From IMG/VR virus record IMGVR_UViG_3300033148_003000: a DNA stretch of 64,000 nucleotides. One strand, written 5' to 3'. The translations under genes and the position numbers were made by a program. A model generated the notes under the pieces. It was not told the origin of the DNA and did no database searches. It saw only the letters and a program-made list of their open reading frames with translations. Positions 61,820-64,000 of the stretch are shown piece by piece (position 1 is the first letter of the stretch; each line of letters opens with the position of its first letter). The DNA comes from an uncultured virus (IMG/VR IMGVR_UViG_3300033148_003000). Taxonomy: Duplodnaviria > Heunggongvirae > Uroviricota > Caudoviricetes.

Positions 61820-62233
61820 CTAAAACTCAACATTTAAAGTTGATTTAATGTTTTCTATATCTAAATCGGTAACAAATTGTACCTGAGAATCTACCTCTAA
61901 TAAGTGGACATGTGGATGTGCGGTTACATTAAACCTTTTAACTTCCAGAACTTCGGGTTCTTCTGTGAATTCTTGTATACCCCTTGATCTAGCTTCATTC
62001 ACCAAAGATGATGACATGTTTTTACTTACCAAACCTTGAAAAAAACCTCCCCATAAAGGGTGCGCAAACAGGGATTGAAAGAATGATTTTAACTTGTTCA
62101 GCAGTCTTTGTACTACACCTTGAGTTCCCACCGTGACAACTAAATCATTGTTGTCGAAGATTATATCACCAGTGGAGTCTTGTAACAAATCTTTACCTAA
62201 AATTCCTTCTTTTTCTTTATAATTTTGAGTCAT
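61820..62233 (-). CDS. gp25-like baseplate wedge / sheath initiator
   Basis: GDIIF..NDL..G...VQRL, HPLWG, EPEV; upstream of baseplate J. Confidence 0.75.
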   Translation of the reverse strand: MTQNYKEKEGILGKDLLQDSTGDIIFDNNDLVVTVGTQGVVQRLLNKLKSFFQSLFAHPLWGGFFQGLVSKNMSSSLVNEARSRGIQEFTEEPEVLEVKRFNVTAHPHVHLLEVDSQVQFVTDLDIENIKSTLNVEF

Positions 62234-62264
62234 TTTTAACTTTCATTTTTATTTTTAACTTTTA

Positions 62265-63023
62265 TTATATTGGCGATTCTGCATATTCATAATCATAATC
62301 ATATACATTAAGATATTTATCTATTGTAATCAACGATGGTGTAAAATGGGCAAATGTCGAACGATTTTCTTTTGTATATTGTCTATTTTTCTTTTGTATT
62401 AATTTAGCGGTAACATCATCCCAAGTATCTAATATAGGTGGCATTCTAAAAACAAATGGATTTGCACGAGTCATAAAACTTCCATGTTGTTTTCCACTAA
62501 TTATTCGATGTTTTGATACAGTTCTTGTTTTTAGAGATATTGTTCCTAATCTTCCAGATCCTACTATTGATGTGTCTTGTTCATTATGTGCAATAACCCA
62601 AGATCCATCATATATTGTGTTGTGAATCAACCCAATATGCGATGCTGGTTGATGAGTTCTATATCCTTGACCATAACTAGTACTTCCACCTCTCCAACCA
62701 ATAACATCCCCAGGTCTTACACGTAGATTGGTTTCAACAACATTTGATGGTTCTACAAACAAATCAGACCCTTTAGTATCAGGATTATTATCAATGATAA
62801 ATTTCCCACCTGGTAAGTTTATTAATGATTGGTATAATAAATATGAAACACTTTGATTGTAAATATCTGGGTTGTAACCTGATCTACATAATACTGTTGA
62901 AACACATCTTGCACAACCATCTCGTCTAAAACATTCACCTACTCCATCATTAGCGTTGACTGAATAATTGATGGATTCAACGATGGTTTTATTTTGTTCA
63001 GGTATAAATATTTCACTAAACAT
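62265..63023 (-). CDS. NlpC/P60- or CHAP-like cysteine hydrolase (baseplate-associated)
   Basis: CARCVS, PGDVI, HIGL, AHN. Confidence 0.65.
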   Translation of the reverse strand: MFSEIFIPEQNKTIVESINYSVNANDGVGECFRRDGCARCVSTVLCRSGYNPDIYNQSVSYLLYQSLINLPGGKFIIDNNPDTKGSDLFVEPSNVVETNLRVRPGDVIGWRGGSTSYGQGYRTHQPASHIGLIHNTIYDGSWVIAHNEQDTSIVGSGRLGTISLKTRTVSKHRIISGKQHGSFMTRANPFVFRMPPILDTWDDVTAKLIQKKNRQYTKENRSTFAHFTPSLITIDKYLNVYDYDYEYAESPI

Positions 63024-63038
63024 ATTTCATATGATTCC

Positions 63039-64000
63039 TTAACAAGACATTGTGTTTTCACTTGGAGTTACTGATTTTACTCCAAAATCACCTACTAATC
63101 CGTCTGTTTTATCTCTTTTAAAATATGCTGAATTAGTGATTCGATCATATTGTTTTTTAACAATTTCATAATAATATAACGCTTTTTTAATGTAATTGGT
63201 CATTTTATTGACTGTTTTTTTAGCTTTATTTTTTGTGTCTTTAAATTGTGGTAAATTTTGTATAATTAAAGGGCCATAATCTTTAATATCACCTTTGATA
63301 ACACTTTCAACATCAAAATCCAAGTAGTTTAAATATTCACTTACATCACCACCAATGTTTATAGTCGATGTGATTTTTGAGATTTCATTTTTAACACCTT
63401 TTAAACCTTGAGATTTAATTTTTTCACCTATGGATTTAACTTTGGATGTTAATCCAGATGTTAAACTGTCTAAATTAAAAAGTTGGATTGCTTTCATGTC
63501 AGTCATTGATGATTTAAAAAACTTCATAAAGGGGTTACCAGACAGCGCAGGGTAAAGATTGTAGATATTGATTACTTTAAATGGTGATAATCCGATGATT
63601 TTAACTGCCCATGTTAATAATTGTGTTAATTTTCCCAACTTTTCAGTTTGTTGTTTGTTTGCATCTGCAAGAGATGTTACTTGGGCAAGTTTATTATTAA
63701 GATCATCGAATTTTTGGTCGATTTGTTCAACTATTTCTTCAATGTTTGTTGGTAAGTTGATATTTAAATCACCAATTTGGTTGATATGATTACTCATTGT
63801 TGAGATTGGTTTAGGTGATACCAAGTTAATAAAACTTGAAGAATTAAACATTAAACCTTTTACATCATTCATAAGAAGAATATTTTGTTTAGTTGTTAAC
63901 AAGAAATCCTTTAGAGGGTCAAGTATTTTACCAACAAGTTTACCATATTTTTCTCTTGATCCTTCTGTTGTCGGTGGTTTTTCGGTACGAGTATAAAATG
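63039..64000 (-). CDS. Baseplate-region protein, 5' end beyond window
   Basis: Frame remains open from 63902 to the window edge. Confidence 0.6.
   Translation of the reverse strand, partial: FYTRTEKPPTTEGSREKYGKLVGKILDPLKDFLLTTKQNILLMNDVKGLMFNSSSFINLVSPKPISTMSNHINQIGDLNINLPTNIEEIVEQIDQKFDDLNNKLAQVTSLADANKQQTEKLGKLTQLLTWAVKIIGLSPFKVINIYNLYPALSGNPFMKFFKSSMTDMKAIQLFNLDSLTSGLTSKVKSIGEKIKSQGLKGVKNEISKITSTINIGGDVSEYLNYLDFDVESVIKGDIKDYGPLIIQNLPQFKDTKNKAKKTVNKMTNYIKKALYYYEIVKKQYDRITNSAYFKRDKTDGLVGDFGVKSVTPSENTMSC

Noticed and set aside
1..64000. Stop-codon reassignment
   Set aside because: Conserved genes are full length in the standard code, and TAA, TAG and TGA all end genes at sensible positions.

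Overview
Very AT-rich segment of a large tailed dsDNA phage, probably a contractile-tailed (myo-type) virus; the host cannot be determined from this window. There are three transcriptional blocks. (1) 1-29.5 kb, minus strand, replication and nucleotide metabolism: thymidine kinase (missing from the ORF track), DNA ligase, a PurZ/PurZ0-type adenylosuccinate-synthetase homologue, radical SAM enzyme, nucleotidyltransferase, ClpP, intein-containing family B polymerase, SSB-like protein, primase, DnaB-like helicase, RNase H, dNMP kinase, dUTPase, RuvC-like resolvase and Cas4-like nuclease. (2) 30.5-42.7 kb, plus strand: a terminase split into ATPase (with mini-intein) and nuclease ORFs, portal, and accessory genes. 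(3) 42.9-64 kb, minus strand: baseplate, tail fibre/adhesin and lysis genes. A ~1 kb non-coding divergence zone (29.5-30.5 kb) holds a promoter-driven structured RNA candidate and an AT-rich repeat array. Most interesting: the PurZ-signature gene (possible 2-aminoadenine genome copied by a family B polymerase) beside a direct-repeat-flanked radical SAM gene, and the terminase split whose 26-nt gap has matched take-off/landing codons. All calls are from motif recognition by eye; no searches were run.
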